Shown here in pieces: positions 13,099 to 27,118 of a DNA stretch of 64,000 nt; position 1 is the stretch's first letter; every line of letters begins with the position of its first letter. The stretch is from Carcharhinus amblyrhynchos (Eukaryota): assembly GCA_965287045.1 (NCBI GenBank), contig OZ336874.1, forward strand, positions 17,112,001 through 17,176,000, in the 5' to 3' direction. Both the position numbers and the translations under genes were made by a program. A model generated the notes under the pieces. It worked only from the letters and a program-made list of their open reading frames with translations. It was not told the origin of the DNA and did not search any database.

Positions 13099-15044
13099 GT
13101 TCAATGTCCTGCCCTTCCCTAATTTCTTTCAGAACCTTACTCCTCAATTAAGATTCAATGTCACTTCAAAAGATCTCGGTGGATTCGATGGCGCCTATGG
13201 CTTTCTGGGGCATTGCATTTTGCTTCCTCATAACCCACTGAATGAAGACACTTAATTGGAATTCAGCTGAATCAAAATTCTAACAGGTTGTTCTGTATTT
13301 TCTTACTGTAGGGAAGAGCCATTCACCATACACCCTTCGTGATTCCAGATATCTGAATCAGGTCAATCCTGAGCTCTATGATAACCAGGCAATAAAACCA
13401 AAGTGACACAGAAATCTTACCAGAAAATGGCAGAGTATTGGTTCTGGCAAGAAAACGATGTGCTTTTCTCCAAAAAGCACATTGGTTTTCTCTCCAGGTC
13501 TTACCACACTCTTCCAAAGAAAAACAGGTAGGCATGGTTCACGCCGTCGCATGGGAGGGGTAGTGGCACACCAGCAAATTCCAGTCGCACAGCGATCGGG
13601 CACCATTTTTAAAGACTGCCACAATCAGAGGAATAAATAACCATGCCCACTCCTCCTACAGAGAGTCAGGGGCTCCACATCCCCTGCCACAATTCAAGCT
13701 GGCATTCACCACCTTCCTGCTACCGCGATCAGAGCCAGCATTCATTCTGTCTCCGAGATCAGAGCTGGCACCTCTGCCCTCCCACCCGCTCCCACACCCA
13801 ACATTCAATTCCAGCATCCCCTTCCCCCCAGAATTTTGGACACCATCTGCCCAATCCTGGATCCGAAACAGTCAACGTCAGCATGCTCCCCCCCACTATC
13901 GCCTCCAAACATCGGATCACATCCCCCCAATCCCCCACCCAACACAAACAGCCATTGCTGGCATCCCCAGCTCCCACATCCACTAGCCTCTAGCCAGAAA
14001 ATAAATAAATTCCCCAATGAGGCTCCCACTGGGATCTGCCCTGGCATTTCATGCTGGCATGGGTTGGCACTGCCAGGTTCATTGCCTGATTGGCACTGCC
14101 AGGCTGGTATCTGGTACCTGTGCCAAAGGACATTGCCATGGTACTGTCTGGCCATCTCCTTCCACCCTGGGAGCGAGCCTCACCTTTACGTCCTCAGGAG
14201 AATCCCCACAACAAGGTTCCTGTCTGGGTGAGCCTGTTGTAAACGTCACTTTGGTGAAGTTTGAAAATGCACCTTGGCAGCAATGTATGGCGAGGGTGGG
14301 TCTTAAATTATTAATTTATTTATTATTTACACAATGTGTAGACTCCGCACAGACAATGACCCAAGTTGGGAATTTAATCCAGGTCGCTGTGAGGCAGCAG
14401 TGCTAACCAATGTAATGTTAATGTATTTAACTGTACTGTAATCAGGTTCACACCCGTTATGGCATGAACCTGATTACACAGCCAGCAAGGAGCAGCAAAA
14501 ATCAGATATCGTGACCTCGGCAGCAAGAGTCACAACTTTCGGGTTTTAGCGTCCTCTGCCATTCCCACAGACGGCGGGCACAGGCTCAAGGTCACCCCAC
14601 CATCTCTGATCATAGTTTAGTCCCTTCATCATCCTGTTGAATCAGCACTAGAACTTCTCCAAAAGGACATCTGCCAAAACTGAACACAATATTCCAAATG
14701 GGATCTGACCTACTGTTCTGTAAGTGCAGTAGTACTTCCTTGTCTTGGCATTAAAATTAAACTGTAAAGCTCCTCTTCCCACATGGACTGAAGTGGTTCA
14801 AGTTGGTAACCTACTGCCACCTTCACAGGGCAATTCAGAATGGGCAACACATGCCAGCAACACTCACATCACAAACATGAATTTTCAACAAAGTCTGTTC
14901 TACAATGTGGTCCTCAAAGGGTGAATATTGCTCCTGGACAGCCAGCAATATCATCTTTTATAACATAAGCTTTGCTTTGATTCCAAGTTCTCACCATGTT
15001 TAAATTCACCCCATTTATAGTACGAGTTAGACGTGTGGACAGGC

Positions 15045-15862
15045 AACAATGTCCAAATGCAGCAAGACCTGGACAATATGCAGGCTTGGGTTGACAAGTG
15101 ACAAACAACATTCAAGCCACACAAGTGCCAGTCAATGACCAGATCCAACAAGAGAGGATATGCTATTGCCCCTTGACATTCAATGGCATTACCATTGCTG
15201 ACTCCTCCACTATCAACATCCCGGGGTTACCATTGACCAGAAACTGAACTGGACTAGTCACGTTAATACTGTGGTTACCAGAGCAGGTCAAAGGCAAGGA
15301 ATCTTGCGACGAGTAACTCACCTCCTTCCACAATCTACAAGGCATAAGTAAGGAGTGTAGTGGAATATTCTGTACTTGCCTGGGTTAGTGTAGTTTCAAC
15401 AACATACAAGAAGCTCGAAACTATCCAGGACAAAGTAGCTGCTTGATTTCTATCCCTTCCAGAAACATTAAATCCCTCCACCATTGATGAACAATCGCAG
15501 CCATATGCACCATCTATCAGATGCATTGCAGGAACTTATCAAGGTTCTTTAGACAGCACCTTCCAAACCCACTTTCATAATCTAGAACGACAACAGCAGC
15601 AGAGATCTGGGAACACCACCACTTGGAGTTACCCCTCCAAGTTACTCGCCATCCAGACTTGGAATTATATCGTTGATCCTTCATTGTCTCTGGGTCAAAA
15701 TCCCGCAATTCCCTTCCTAAGAGCAGTATGGGTGTACCTACACCTCAGGGACTGCAGTAGTTCAAGAAGACAGCTCGCCACCACCTTCTGTAGGGCAACT
15801 AGAATTGGGCAATAAATGCTGGCCAGCCAGTGATGACCACATCCTGTAAATTGATGAAAATA
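15045..15862 (+). mobile_element. 3' fragment of the same CR1-group LINE family
   Basis: VQMQQDLDNMQAWVDK...; tail CCACCACCTTCT..GGGCAA..GGGCAATAAATGCTGGCC. Confidence 0.8.
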
Positions 15863-16110
15863 ATACTGATCTGACTGCACCATCCATTTGCAACTTTAAC
15901 ATTCAGCCTGTGATCTTTCACAGATGTTGAGGTAAGTTATTAAAAGCAAGCATTTTGACAAACTGAACGTTGAACTTCCATAAAGTTGGGCAGTTAGTGA
16001 ACCCTCAATTTGTGGCTTGCCTGTGGGTCCTACACTGTGTGTGGTCATTCTCAATTAGAGGTGAAGCTAATTTTTTGTTTTGCTCAAAGGAGACAAAAGA
16101 AAATGCTTAC

Positions 16111-16236
16111 CCTAGCATCTGTGACCTTGAACTCTCTGAGAATGTACTGAGGCATGTTGTATTCTGCCATGGGATCTACTACAAAATATTGATACCTAGC
16201 CGATCGCTCTGCAGGCCAATACTGGTGACACTTCTC
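16111..16236 (-). CDS. PTPRD: PTPRD D2 exon
   Basis: tttacag|GAG...GCT AGG|gtaagc; 126 nt; [42 protein letters not shown]. Confidence 0.96.
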
Positions 16237-16810
16237 CTGTAAAACATAAAAAAACCCCGTGAATTGTGAGGCAATACTTTATCTGGTCCATTAAGCAGTT
16301 TGGAGATACCCTGGTGTTCTGATACGAGTCTGATAGTCTTTGAAAAACAATTCGGGTGGTACTCTCAAGTTATCGTGCCTTGAGGGGTCCCATACCAATC
16401 ACAGGTATATGGTTGACTAGAAATCACACAGGGTAAAATTAGTCAATTAGCCATTTTAGGTCTTTTCATTTGGGTTCTGCTGTGACTGGGGAGAACTTGA
16501 ATCAATCTAGTTTCTACAGTCTGTAGATATGGGGCTAGCAAGCGGTTAAGGCTGTATAATTTTGAAATTGCACAGTAGGCTGCCCAGAAGCTTAAAGGGA
16601 AAGACAAATTTGGAAGTGACTTTTCATCAGAACCAATGTAGGACCCTGCTTAAAACATTTGCGTAACTTCCTCTTCAACATGCTGTGCATTTCAAGCCAT
16701 TATAAGCTGTTACCGCTGCAACAAAATTTAAAGGGGTTACAATGTTACTTGGTCGATATTCGCACAACGCATGCCCAAGTATCAACTTATGTGATGTACG
16801 TGGCACTTAC

Positions 16811-16937
16811 TCTTCCCATTTCTCTGAGCTTGGTCAGCATAACCACAATTGTAGAATTGTGCTCCCAAAGCATTCTCCAGAAATCTTCTGTTGTCTCTGC
16901 TAAGGGTCCCTGTGTGGCTATATAAGCTTTCTGTTGC
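16811..16937 (-). CDS. PTPRD: PTPRD D2 exon
   Basis: ttccag|G CAA...GGA AGA|gtaagt; 127 nt; (R)[42 protein letters not shown]. Confidence 0.96.
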
Positions 16938-18544
16938 CTGGAAGTCAAACAAACCATAGTGAATGTGTAGTAATGTTGCTCCTTCTCATTGAACCACACT
17001 TACGACAAACTAGTCAACTGCTAGCAACCTTGCTCACTCTTCATGCAGCTGCGATTTACTGTTCACTTATTTAGAAATAAATGAAAAATTATAATAATTA
17101 TAATAATACTATGTTGTGTTTATATTTCAGAGAATCCAGTGGGGAAGAGCATTATTTTGTGCTGTGTGTAAAATGTTAGGAAGAAACAGCCTTTACAGCC
17201 ATTAATATTCAATTAGGGACAGTAATTATATCTCACTGAATCTCTGATCATTCACAAACCTATCTTTATTCTGCACAATACATTTACAGACAAGTTAATG
17301 AAGTAAGTACTGTTTTATTATGTTTGTTCTCAGCGAAGGTGGCAAAACCTTGCAACAGACTGTTTACTGTGATAAGATGGGATGTGCATCTTTACTGGGG
17401 TGAGATTAACTCTGTGTCAATATTGCAATGTTTCACGATTATACAAAATGGAAATAAAAGACATTTGAGATTTGCTTTCATGGGCTGAAAATATGTGGCA
17501 TCTGATTCATATAAAGGAGGTTGCACTGTAGGTCAGTGGCAACCAGCTGTTAGTTCCCTCCTGGCTGACTTGTAGCTCATGGCTTGCCCATGAAACATGG
17601 ATTCATTATCACACCACTATCTGAACATGATCCATAGAGAATGTTATGATATCCGGGATCGATCACAAAGCAACCAGCTCATGGGATAGATACAGAACAG
17701 TAAATATCTGGATGTGATTTAAAAAAACATATTTACTTAGTACCTTATCGCGCTGCTGAAACATTTTCAAGAGCTTCAAGCAAGAATTAATTTTTGCAGT
17801 GGAGTGTTTTATAACAATGCAGCCACCTCACAGAGGGAATTGGATGGATTAGATGTAGAATAATGACTACTTGGAAGTGATTACAAGGTAATAATCTTAT
17901 CCAGAAAAAAGATATAAGAAAACATGAGAGAAAAGGAAAGACTGTCACCTTATACTCTGAGATGACAATGTCTTTTAAAAATATTTTCTAATTTAATTTT
18001 GGGCTAGCTGCCACTATCAATGTGGATCATTGATGTGTGAAAATAATTACTGTAATATCATTACTGCATTTGAGAAACCGCTTGCAGTTCATAGTTGGTC
18101 AATTCTATGGTTGGTTTCTATCATGTAGGGAATAATTTGATACGTTATAAGGTGTAATCTCATCTCAGGTTTTATAACCAACATCTGAATCTTAGAACAA
18201 GATTGCAGCCTGGAATGTTTTAATTTTCTATTATATATTGTAGAATCCATTACTTTACAACTGGCTTGTTCTTGATAATGCAGACTGTGCCATAACCATT
18301 TATTGCTGACAAGCAAACACCATGCATGATTGCATCCATACTAAATAATGAACAAAGGTGACCTTATTAATGCAAGTTCATTGATTAATAATCACCAGTT
18401 GATTCCCAAAAACCAATAGTGACAGCACTGACTTTCCTTCTTTGTTGTACATATGCAGAAGGCCCCAGTGTAGCTGAGGACTAACAGTTATATTCAATCA
18501 CCTAAAGCAGTTTACATTTCAAGACCACTGATGTTCCCACTTAC

Positions 18545-18723
18545 CTATAACCATCAATAAAACTGGCATTAATATAGTCTGAGCCCTCAACTCCTCTGAT
18601 CGGCTGTAGACATACTCTCGTGGATTCATATGGCATAATATTGACAAGGCGATTCTTGAATTTATTACATGGGAGGTTGGCACTAATGAATCTTGATGTG
18701 TGGGCTTTAGTGTTGGCTAGACG
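18545..18723 (-). CDS. PTPRD: PTPRD D2 exon
   Basis: cccacag|CGT...TAT AG|gtaagt; 179 nt; [59 protein letters not shown](R); not captured in the ORF track. Confidence 0.96.
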
Positions 18724-19472
18724 CTGTGGGAAAAAAAAGATTTAGAATTACCCGAGACTTGGAAAATAGTGCTCCATGGAAGTCAATTTGACTACATAGT
18801 AATATTCAGTCTAAATCTGGAGTTCAACATCAGTGCAATTAGCATCAGTAATGGACAAGTTCCAGAGAAGGAATTACAGGGCTAGTAGAAGGAATATCTC
18901 TCCTGCATCTGAACCAACTGTAGGAACATCAAATCCAGTTCTTAGTGAGCATAGGCCCTCAGCACATAACTGGGACAAAGTTAACAGTGCCATTCAGTGA
19001 AGCATTAGGATGGGGCTGTGCGTGAATTGGAAAGTGACTCGCTGACGTGGTTGAGCTGCCCTTCAGAGATTGTTGTTGAGTCAGATGGCTGAGTGAAAAT
19101 AAGGGGAGCATGCTTTCTGTCTAACTTCACTTGGAGATTACTTGATTCTGATATTGTGTTCTTGAAGTGGAATATGTTCTACTTCCAAGCACTATTATCT
19201 CTCAGTACAATCAGCTAAGTCGTCCCTGGAACTTGCATATACAATTTCTCAATGTACATTTTTTGTTGCGATGGATGTCCTTAATTGGAATACTGAAATA
19301 ATTAGTGTGTTAACATAAAGGCTTTCATCTTGCTGATGTCTGCAAAAAGATAATCAACACTACATGCTTTAAAGCAAGTTGTTGAATTTACTTCAATTGA
19401 TCAGGTGTTTGTAGCTTGGAAGCTACAGCCAGATGCAAATTGGAATTTCCTTCAAAGGAGCAGCTCGTTTAC

Positions 19473-19758
19473 CTTGAATTCCAGTTCCATTCCTGTGACG
19501 TTTTCTCCTGGCTCTACTTGTGTCAGCTTTTGGATATATGCGTACAGGTTTCTGGCTGGCACTTCGGTATTTCCACAAGTCACTGCTTCAAGCAGTGCAT
19601 CATGAATAAAGATATATTGGTCCTCAGTCTGAACCATATAATTCCTCTGTGATCTCATTAGTGTTACATGACCATAAATATCTACAGTTTTCTCGTGTTT
19701 TATTCTCTCCAACATGGCATCTATCACAATGAAGCACCCAGTCCTTCCGACTCCAGCA
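19473..19758 (-). CDS. PTPRD: PTPRD exon: end of D1, linker, start of D2
   Basis: ttccacag|T GCT...TTC AAG|gtaaac; 286 nt; (S)[95 protein letters not shown]. Confidence 0.97.
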
Positions 19759-20446
19759 CTGTGGAAACAAAAAGAAAGCCCACACACTTTAAGTTTTGAA
19801 ATGGGGCCTGTGATTTCATGTCTTCCTCATAGCTAAAGCCATTGGTTCTCAGTGGCCGGCCACCCAGTGTGTTTCCCGCTGATGAGAGGTGGTGCGTTGT
19901 TTGCTAGCAGTGGGATTCTCTGGTCCCACTGCTGTCAATGGGTAATCCCATTTGACGTCACCCCACACCAGCAGGAAACCCACGGTTAGGGGTGCACGGC
20001 CGGCAGGACCAGAGAATGCCACCGGCACGAATGGCCAGAATTCTCCAGATGTATTGTTTTATTGTATTTTATTTTCCTTATAGATCAGTTACACATTTGT
20101 CAATGTAAAATTGCTCTGTAACTCAGGGTTGAAAATACCAAATTAACAATGGCTTCTGAATTTTAACATGTGCGACAGCTTTTTATAAATTTGGTTTTAA
20201 GCTCTTTAAAGATTTGCAGAGCATCCACCATTCCATCAACCAGCATTTAAAAGTGACCAGTACTTGAACAGTGGTGAGTATGATTTCCCTGATTAGAACA
20301 TAATGCAGAGCTTGCAGTGTTACTCAAATTTATCAGCTCTGTATCGCAATGAACAAATAGCTGTTTCAAACCAATACACGAGCATAGCTCAGTCCATTCT
20401 ATTAACCAGGTCATGCAGGACATCTACTTTCTGAATGTTGCATTTC

Positions 20447-21204
20447 TGATGCTGGCGTTGGACTGGGCTGGGCACAATAAGAAGTCTCACAACACCAGGT
20501 TAAAGCCCGATAGCTTTATTTGGTAGCACGAGCTTTCGGAATAGCTTTTGGAACTTGGCTATCAGTTTCAGCTTGGTGACCCTGCATTGCCTTGAAGGCT
20601 GCCTTGGAGAACACTTATCCGAAGATCAGAGGCTGAATGCCTTTGACTGCTGAAGTGTTCTCCAACAGGAAGGGAACACTTCCACCTGGTGATTGTCAAG
20701 CAGTGTCCATTCATCCTGAATGGACATATTCCATTCACTTTAGCAGTCAAGAGCATTCAGCCTCTGATCTTCAGGTAAGAGTTCTCCAAGGTGGCCTACA
20801 TGACACACGACAATGCAGAGTCACCGAGCAGAAGCTGATAGCCAAGTTCTACACACATAAGAATGGCCTCAACCGGGATCTTGGGTTCATGTTATACACT
20901 ATCTGTAACACCCACAAATTTCCTGGGCTTGCAAAATCTCGCTAAGTGTACTGGCTTGAGACAATTCAACACCTCTTTAACCTGTACTTAATCCTCTCTT
21001 CACATGTATTGTCTGTACAAGTAAAGTCTTGATTACCTGTTAAGACTCGCATTCCAACCACTATAGTGTAATTGAGTTTGTGTCTATATATGCCCTGTTT
21101 GTGAACCAAATCCTGCACTCACCTGATGAAGGAGTAGTGTTCCAAAAGCTCGTGCTACCAAATAAAGCTGTTGGGCTTTAACCTGGTGTTGTGAGACTTC
21201 TTAT
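20447..21204. mobile_element. Penelope-like element, two inverted GIY-YIG 3' fragments
   Basis: Plus HFSSQEHSASDLQVRVLQGGL...EQKLIAKF..HKNGLNRD; minus LPVGEHFSSQRHSASDLRISVLQG; about 60-nt inverted termini at 20480-20540 and 21141-21203. Confidence 0.85.
21120..21154 (+). ncRNA. Minimal type-I hammerhead ribozyme motif (decayed, G12>A)
   Basis: CAC-CTGATGA-A-GGAG-TAGTG-TTCC-aAAA-GCTC-GTG; the inverted copy at 20527-20540 keeps CCGAAAGCTCGTG. Confidence 0.65.
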
Positions 21205-21959
21205 TTTCCAATGTTAACTCCAACCACCAACCCACACTGTGCCCCTCCCGCCACCCAACATAGACACATGTACGCGCACACACAAAGGCTATTTCACTCT
21301 TGCACAGTGCCAAATTCTGTTTTATTTTGGCTATTTCTTCTCAGTGGCTTTATAAGCAAGTTTACTAAGATAATCAAACACAAAGGATGTCAGAGAATTT
21401 TGGAGTGGTAAGGTCCACATCTTCTTTGTAGTTTACTGAGTCTTTCCTCTTGTACAGATTCATTAGTATTCAGATAATACACTGCTTTGAAATACACTCG
21501 TTGGTTGTATGGTTGGAGGACACGCTAGAGGGATTGGTGAAATACAATTTTTGTGTCCGTAAATGAGCCCTGGCAAACCTCATGAATGGAAATGAAAGTC
21601 ATACTTCATTGGTTCCTCACAGAATATTATGTTTATAACATTGCGGCCATTTCGTTTTACAGAACTGCAGCAAAATATTCAGTGTTTTTGTTTTTCTACT
21701 TCAAGCTAAGGATAAATCCTTGAAGAAAAATAATACAGTGGCTGCTGACTTTGTTTTGTAAAGTCCAAAGTATAAACAACGTCTTTGGGACTGGCATCTA
21801 AATATCAAGACTTTGTTGGCAAGAGGTTAAGAACTCCTCCCTGGCTCAATACAAACTCAGGTACACCCGATGGTGGTAACTTTTACCAAACATAAAAGCA
21901 AAATATCATGCATGCTGGAGGTCTGAATTAAAAACAAAGTGCTGGAACACCACAGCAGC

Positions 21960-22290
21960 ATAAGACCATAAGAAATGGGAACAGAAATAGGTCATTTGAT
22001 CCATCAAGCCCGCTCCACCATTCAATAGGATCATGGCTGATCTGCCACTCCTTACATCCACTCTCCTGCCCTTTCCTCAGTAAGCCTTGATTCTCTTACT
22101 GATCAAAAATCTATCTCAGCCTTAACAAAAAGAAGGACTCTACCCAACAGCTCTCCAAGGCAAATAACTCCAAAGACTCACAACCCTTCGAGAGGAGAAA
22201 TTCCTCCTCATTTCAGCTATAAACTGGAGCCCCTTTATTCCGTGACAATGCCCTCTGGTCCTAGACTCTGACATGAGGGGATGATCTCCA
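21960..22290 (-). mobile_element. CR1 3'-end fragment
   Basis: Reverse complement of a CR1 tail (CATAAGACCATAAG repeats; TCAATAGGATCATGGCTGATCTG). Confidence 0.7.
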
Positions 22291-22517
22291 ACATTGGGGC
22301 ACTCCCTTGGTACTGGACTGTCAACTTCTGGGGTGGCACATGAAACTATAACCTTTTATCTCAAAGCATTAATCTGAAGGTGTACTATTCAGAAAAGGGT
22401 TTTGGTGCAAGTAATCTTTCTGGAACTGATCAGCTATTAAAGCACACTTGTAGGGAACATTGGCTGGGAAACCACTCAACTGGTGAAGCAATTCCATTTA
22501 TGCATGATACTGAGGTA

Positions 22518-22832
22518 ACTGTGGTTAGCACTGCTGCCTCACAGCACCAGGGATCCAGGTTTGATTCCTGGCTTGAGTCACTGTCTCTGCAGAGTCTGCA
22601 CATTCTCCCTGTGTCTGCATGGGTTTCCTCCCACAGTCTAGAAGATGTGCAGGTTACATTGATTGGCCACGCTAAATCGCCAATGTCAGGGGGATTATCA
22701 GGGTAACTACCTGGGGTGACGGGGATAGGGCCTGGGTGGGATTGGTGTCAGTGCAGGCTCGATGAGCTAAATAGCATATAAGGCCTATAATAGCACTATT
22801 TATAGTGCTTCTGCACTATAAGGATTCTATGA
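22518..22832 (+). mobile_element. V-SINE with CR1-type tail
   Basis: GTGGTTAGCACTGCTGCCTCACAGC..GGTTTGATTCC; V core; tail GCACTATAAGGATTCTATG. Confidence 0.85.
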
Positions 22833-22949
22833 ACATGGTGTGATGGGGACCTTGAACAATTAAAGTACCTGGTGTAAGAATGTGAAAAATGTAAAATGAG
22901 GGAAATGAATAGCAGGTTAGCATGAGAGAAAGTTACAGGGAGAGGAATA

Positions 22950-23980
22950 GTGAGGGCAAGCCAAAGTGTAAATGTGTGTCAACATGTATTTGAATGCGAA
23001 AGTTATGAACATGTATTAGGGGACTCCGTAAAACATGGCTGGTTTATGCACAATAGGGCTAATATTTATATCATTAGACAACAGGAGACAGAGAGTTGGA
23101 TTAATGGGTAGACAGCAGGATCGCCATTGAAAATTCAACTGTTCAACCTATTTATTAGCTACTTTGATGATGGAATAGAAAGCCATATACCCAAGTGTGC
23201 CAATGATGCTGAGATAAGTGGCATTGTAAACAGTGTCGATGGAAATGGAACATTATAAAGATGTGAGGTCATCCACTTTGGACCTCAAAATGACAGACTA
23301 AGGCTACATTCTCAATAGCAAGATGCTGGGAATGGTGGAGGCCCATAGAGGCTTGGGGAGGTGTGGTAGTCCAAGTAGATGGATCATTAAAATATCATGA
23401 ACAGTTGCAGAAAATAATTAAATAGGCAAGTGAAACACTGGACTTTACATCTTTACACCAGAATACAAGGGGGTAGAAGTCATAGCTTCAGCTATACAAA
23501 GCTTGGTTAGACCAAACCTCCAGCGTCTGAGAGCAGTTCTGGATACCTCACCTCAAGAGGGATATATTGGCGCAGAGGATGATCAGGATGATATCTGGAT
23601 TTCAGGTGTTAATTTACAAAGAATGATTGCTGAAACTAGTGTTGCAATCCCTGGAATTTAGAAGTTGAAGCAGGAGTGCGGGATTTGTTCAAAGGTTTTC
23701 AGGATATTAAGGCGTACAGAAACTATTTCCTCAGGTTTGGGAGTTTGGAATGGGGCGGGGGTGCATCGGCTAAATCTTTCTGGAATTAAATTAGGAAACA
23801 CTTTTTACATACAAAAGAATATGTTGGGAAAGATGTTCTACAAATGGCAATTCCTGTTAAATCACTGCAAATTTTATATTGAGATTGATATATTTTTAAA
23901 ATCTGAAGGAGGTAGTTTGTAGATCAGTCACAATCTCACGGACTAGTGGTGGAAAAGGCTTGAAAAGGTTTGTTTCTGTT
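22950..23980 (+). mobile_element. Old degraded CR1 LINE 3' portion
   Basis: Decayed TGTGAGGTCATCCACTTTGG and CAGCTATACAAAGCTTGGTTAGACC segments; boundaries approximate. Confidence 0.7.
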
Positions 23981-24039
23981 TTTATATTCCAGCACAGAAA
24001 GCAATGGTTTAGTCAGTGGTTAGCATTTCAAACATTTTT

Positions 24040-24320
24040 AAAGTTTATTTATTAGTGTCACAAGTAGGCTAACATTAACAGTGCAATGAAGTTACTGTGA
24101 AAATCCCCTAGTTGCCACATTCCAGCGCCTGTTCGGGTACACTCAGGAAGAATTTAGTATGGCCAACCAGCATGTCCCATGGACTGTGGGAGGAAACTGG
24201 AGCACCTGGAGGAAACCCACGCAGACACAGGGAGAATGTGCAGACTCTGCACAGGCAGTGGCCCAATCAGGAATTGAACCCGGGTCCCTGGCACTGTAAG
24301 GCAGCAGTGCTAACCACTGT
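24040..24320 (-). mobile_element. V-SINE, same tail type
   Basis: V core GGAGGAAACCCACGCAGACAC on +; tail TTTATTAGTGTCACAAGTAGGC. Confidence 0.87.
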
Positions 24321-24336
24321 TAACAATTTTTTTTTT

Positions 24337-24747
24337 ACATTCTACAGTCTACTGACGAGTTCAAGCAATCTGAGTTATCTGTTTGTCATAATATTCCAGT
24401 CACTCTTGAATAATCTGAATGAAGAAGTGTCACAATTATTAGAGTTGGTCAGAAGGGGAAAGTAGCAGTGGATTTAGTGTTTGATAATTTTCATTATTGA
24501 ATGGGAGTGGTACATATACTTTTATTATTTGCTCCAATATTTATTAGTCAATGAAACAAGTTATTAACTTTTACATAAATGGGGAATTTTCCTTCTAAAG
24601 TTCTAGGTTTTTCAGACAAATGTTTGTTTTTTTTTCACATTCTGCAGTCTGGAGACAAGTGCAAGCGATCTGAGTTTTCCGTTTGTCATAATATTCCAGT
24701 CACTCTTGAATAATCTAAATGAACAAGTGTCACAATTATTACAGTTG
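24337..24747. repeat. 111-bp direct duplication at exactly 300-bp offset
   Basis: 24337-24447 vs 24637-24747; 12 mismatches by hand, no gaps; both preceded by a T tract. Confidence 0.9.
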
Positions 24748-25104
24748 TAACTAAGTGAATAATTCATCGCATCATTTATTCTGGGTTCTTTGTGGAACAC
24801 TCAGATGCATTTGTTCAGAAATTATGACAATATCAATGGACACTGATGTCAGCCTTGGCTCAGGACTAGCAGAGTCATCTCTGGATCAGAAGATTATGGG
24901 TTCAAGCTTCACTCCAGAGGATTTTTCTCTCACCAAAAGAACGGATCTGAAACTCTCCCATTTTCACACTTGTTCGGCACTTAGAAATTTTTTGGTAAGA
25001 TCGTCTCCACCATCCTTCAGATATGGGGTGAGATTTTGATGGCCCGTGCACCACATGCTCAAATCCCATTAAATCTCACAAGTGAGCCATAATAATTTGA
25101 GGAT

Positions 25105-25245
25105 AAGGAGGAAACAGGAGCACCCAGAGGAAACCAACACAGACACAGGGAGAACGTCCGAACTTCACACAGGCAGTGACCCAAAATAGGAATCGAATCC
25201 AGGTCCCTGGCGCTGTGAGACAGCAGTGCAAACTGCAGTGCCATC
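25105..25245 (-). mobile_element. V-SINE 5' fragment
   Basis: GGAATCGAATCCAGGTCCCTGGCGCTGTGAG on + (B box on minus) plus partial V core. Confidence 0.75.
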
Positions 25246-27118
25246 ATTATGTTTCTATTTACTGGGCTACTTTCATCTTTTATAGGCATGGACTGAAAAG
25301 TGTTGCCTCACAAATCAAGCATGCACTTGATGCTGACGCACTGTGCTGGGAGTGCCCGAGATAAAAATCTAGCTCATGCTGTAAACCAGTAACGTTCAGT
25401 CGAATTGGGTCAATTGGTGATTACTGATTAGTTCAAGCTGCCAAATCTAACAAAGTCTGTGGCAGTAAACAGAATTCAAGTGGTGCTCCAGCTCAATATG
25501 ACAGCAGTTTTTCAGCTTGATTGTCAGTTCTTCACAAAGATGTGAAGGGCTTTTAGTGTGGAAGCAAGAGAAAAAGCTACCAGTCCTAATATTCCACTGT
25601 GCCACATTGTAACCTGCAATGTGGCCAAGTGAAACTTTCAGCCACCATATTGCAGTAGCATCCACCCCGACAGGCTCAGCTAATCAGAATATGAATCCTT
25701 GTGCAGTCTATGTAAATCCAGCCTGCACCATCACAGGTCTGGAAACAGACATGGACAGGCATTTGAAAATTGCCCCAAACAGTTGCAGCATCTGTGATAC
25801 TTCGAGGGGAGTTAGTGGCCGAGTGGAATTATTACTAAACTATTAATGCAGAAACTTGGCTAATGTTCTGGGGATCTGGGTCTGAATCCCACCATGGTAG
25901 CTTCCCCCTGGGGAAACATGTCAAGAGAACCATGGCATCCACTTTCAAGAGAGTTTGGGAGCAGCATATGGAGTGGGCTGCATAATCTTACAGCAACTAG
26001 CAAATCTGCCCTCCTCATGGATAAGAGGCAGGCAGAATCAGGACTCAGCAGCAGGTTGGGAAAACCTCTAAAAAAAAATATATACCCTGCATTGCAAGTC
26101 TACAGTCTTCACTGGCCGTGCTTCTGCTGGGTTCGCTGGTAAAGTGAACAAGGTGCTATTCAAAAAACTCGCTATAAGCCAGCACTGTTAGAATGGGCAA
26201 CGTTATCCTAAGACGTAAGTGAAAGGCCCGGCAGATAAAGTGAGTAATCTAGTGGCAGCAATTCTTATTTGTTTCTCTTATAAATTACTCCCTTGGGCCA
26301 GATTACTACCTGGAAGGTAGGTAATTCCCATCTGTAATCAGCAGGATTAATTTAGCTAATGTTGGGACCGATGTAAAATCTTTTCGGTCGGAGAAGCGGA
26401 GAGAAATTACAGATGTATTTACTGGATTTTCCTCACGCTTGGAAATAAACATTAACGCTCAGCATCTCCATATTTAAATTATCTAAAAATGAAAGTCATA
26501 GAAAGGGATTTATGTTGAATTGATGTAGAAGTGTAGCTATTTGATCAAAATAACCCCTAATAAACTTATTATCAAAAATTGTCAAGAGGACGCAACAGGT
26601 TCTTTTAAAAAGTAACAATTCTACCATTTAGCATTTTTAACCTGTAATTGTTTTATCTTACAAATCTTTCCTCCACCTTCATTTCAAACAGCGGTTTACC
26701 ACACTGTACCCTGCGCTAATTTGCTCACTCCCAGGGCCAAGAATGTGGGGTCCTTGGGGGATAGTTTCATTTTCTGTGCGCACGTCATGTGGGAAGTGGG
26801 CTGGGGAAAGGCTGCACCTGCCCAAAGGAGTTAGCAAGGAGTTCTTGTTACAAATGGTTCACTAAATGGGTTCTGAGTACTACCCTTAATCACGTATCCT
26901 GTGCAAAGATATATTTCATGACACTTGTCCTAAATATGCTCCCTAAAGCTGGACTCTGTGCTGTCCAATCCTGCTGTATCTGAAACTATTGTCTTTTGTC
27001 CCTCCGTTCCATTAATTTAATGTATTATCTCCACAATGTCCCACCAAAGACATTCTTTTGCAAGTAGATGTTTTTATTCTTTTCCTCATTCCCTCTCTCT
27101 CTATTACTGAAGTCCACA

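Noticed and set aside
22792-22809. Short hairpin AGCACTAT-TT-ATAGTGCT
   Set aside because: 8-bp arms inside a SINE tail; too small to interpret.
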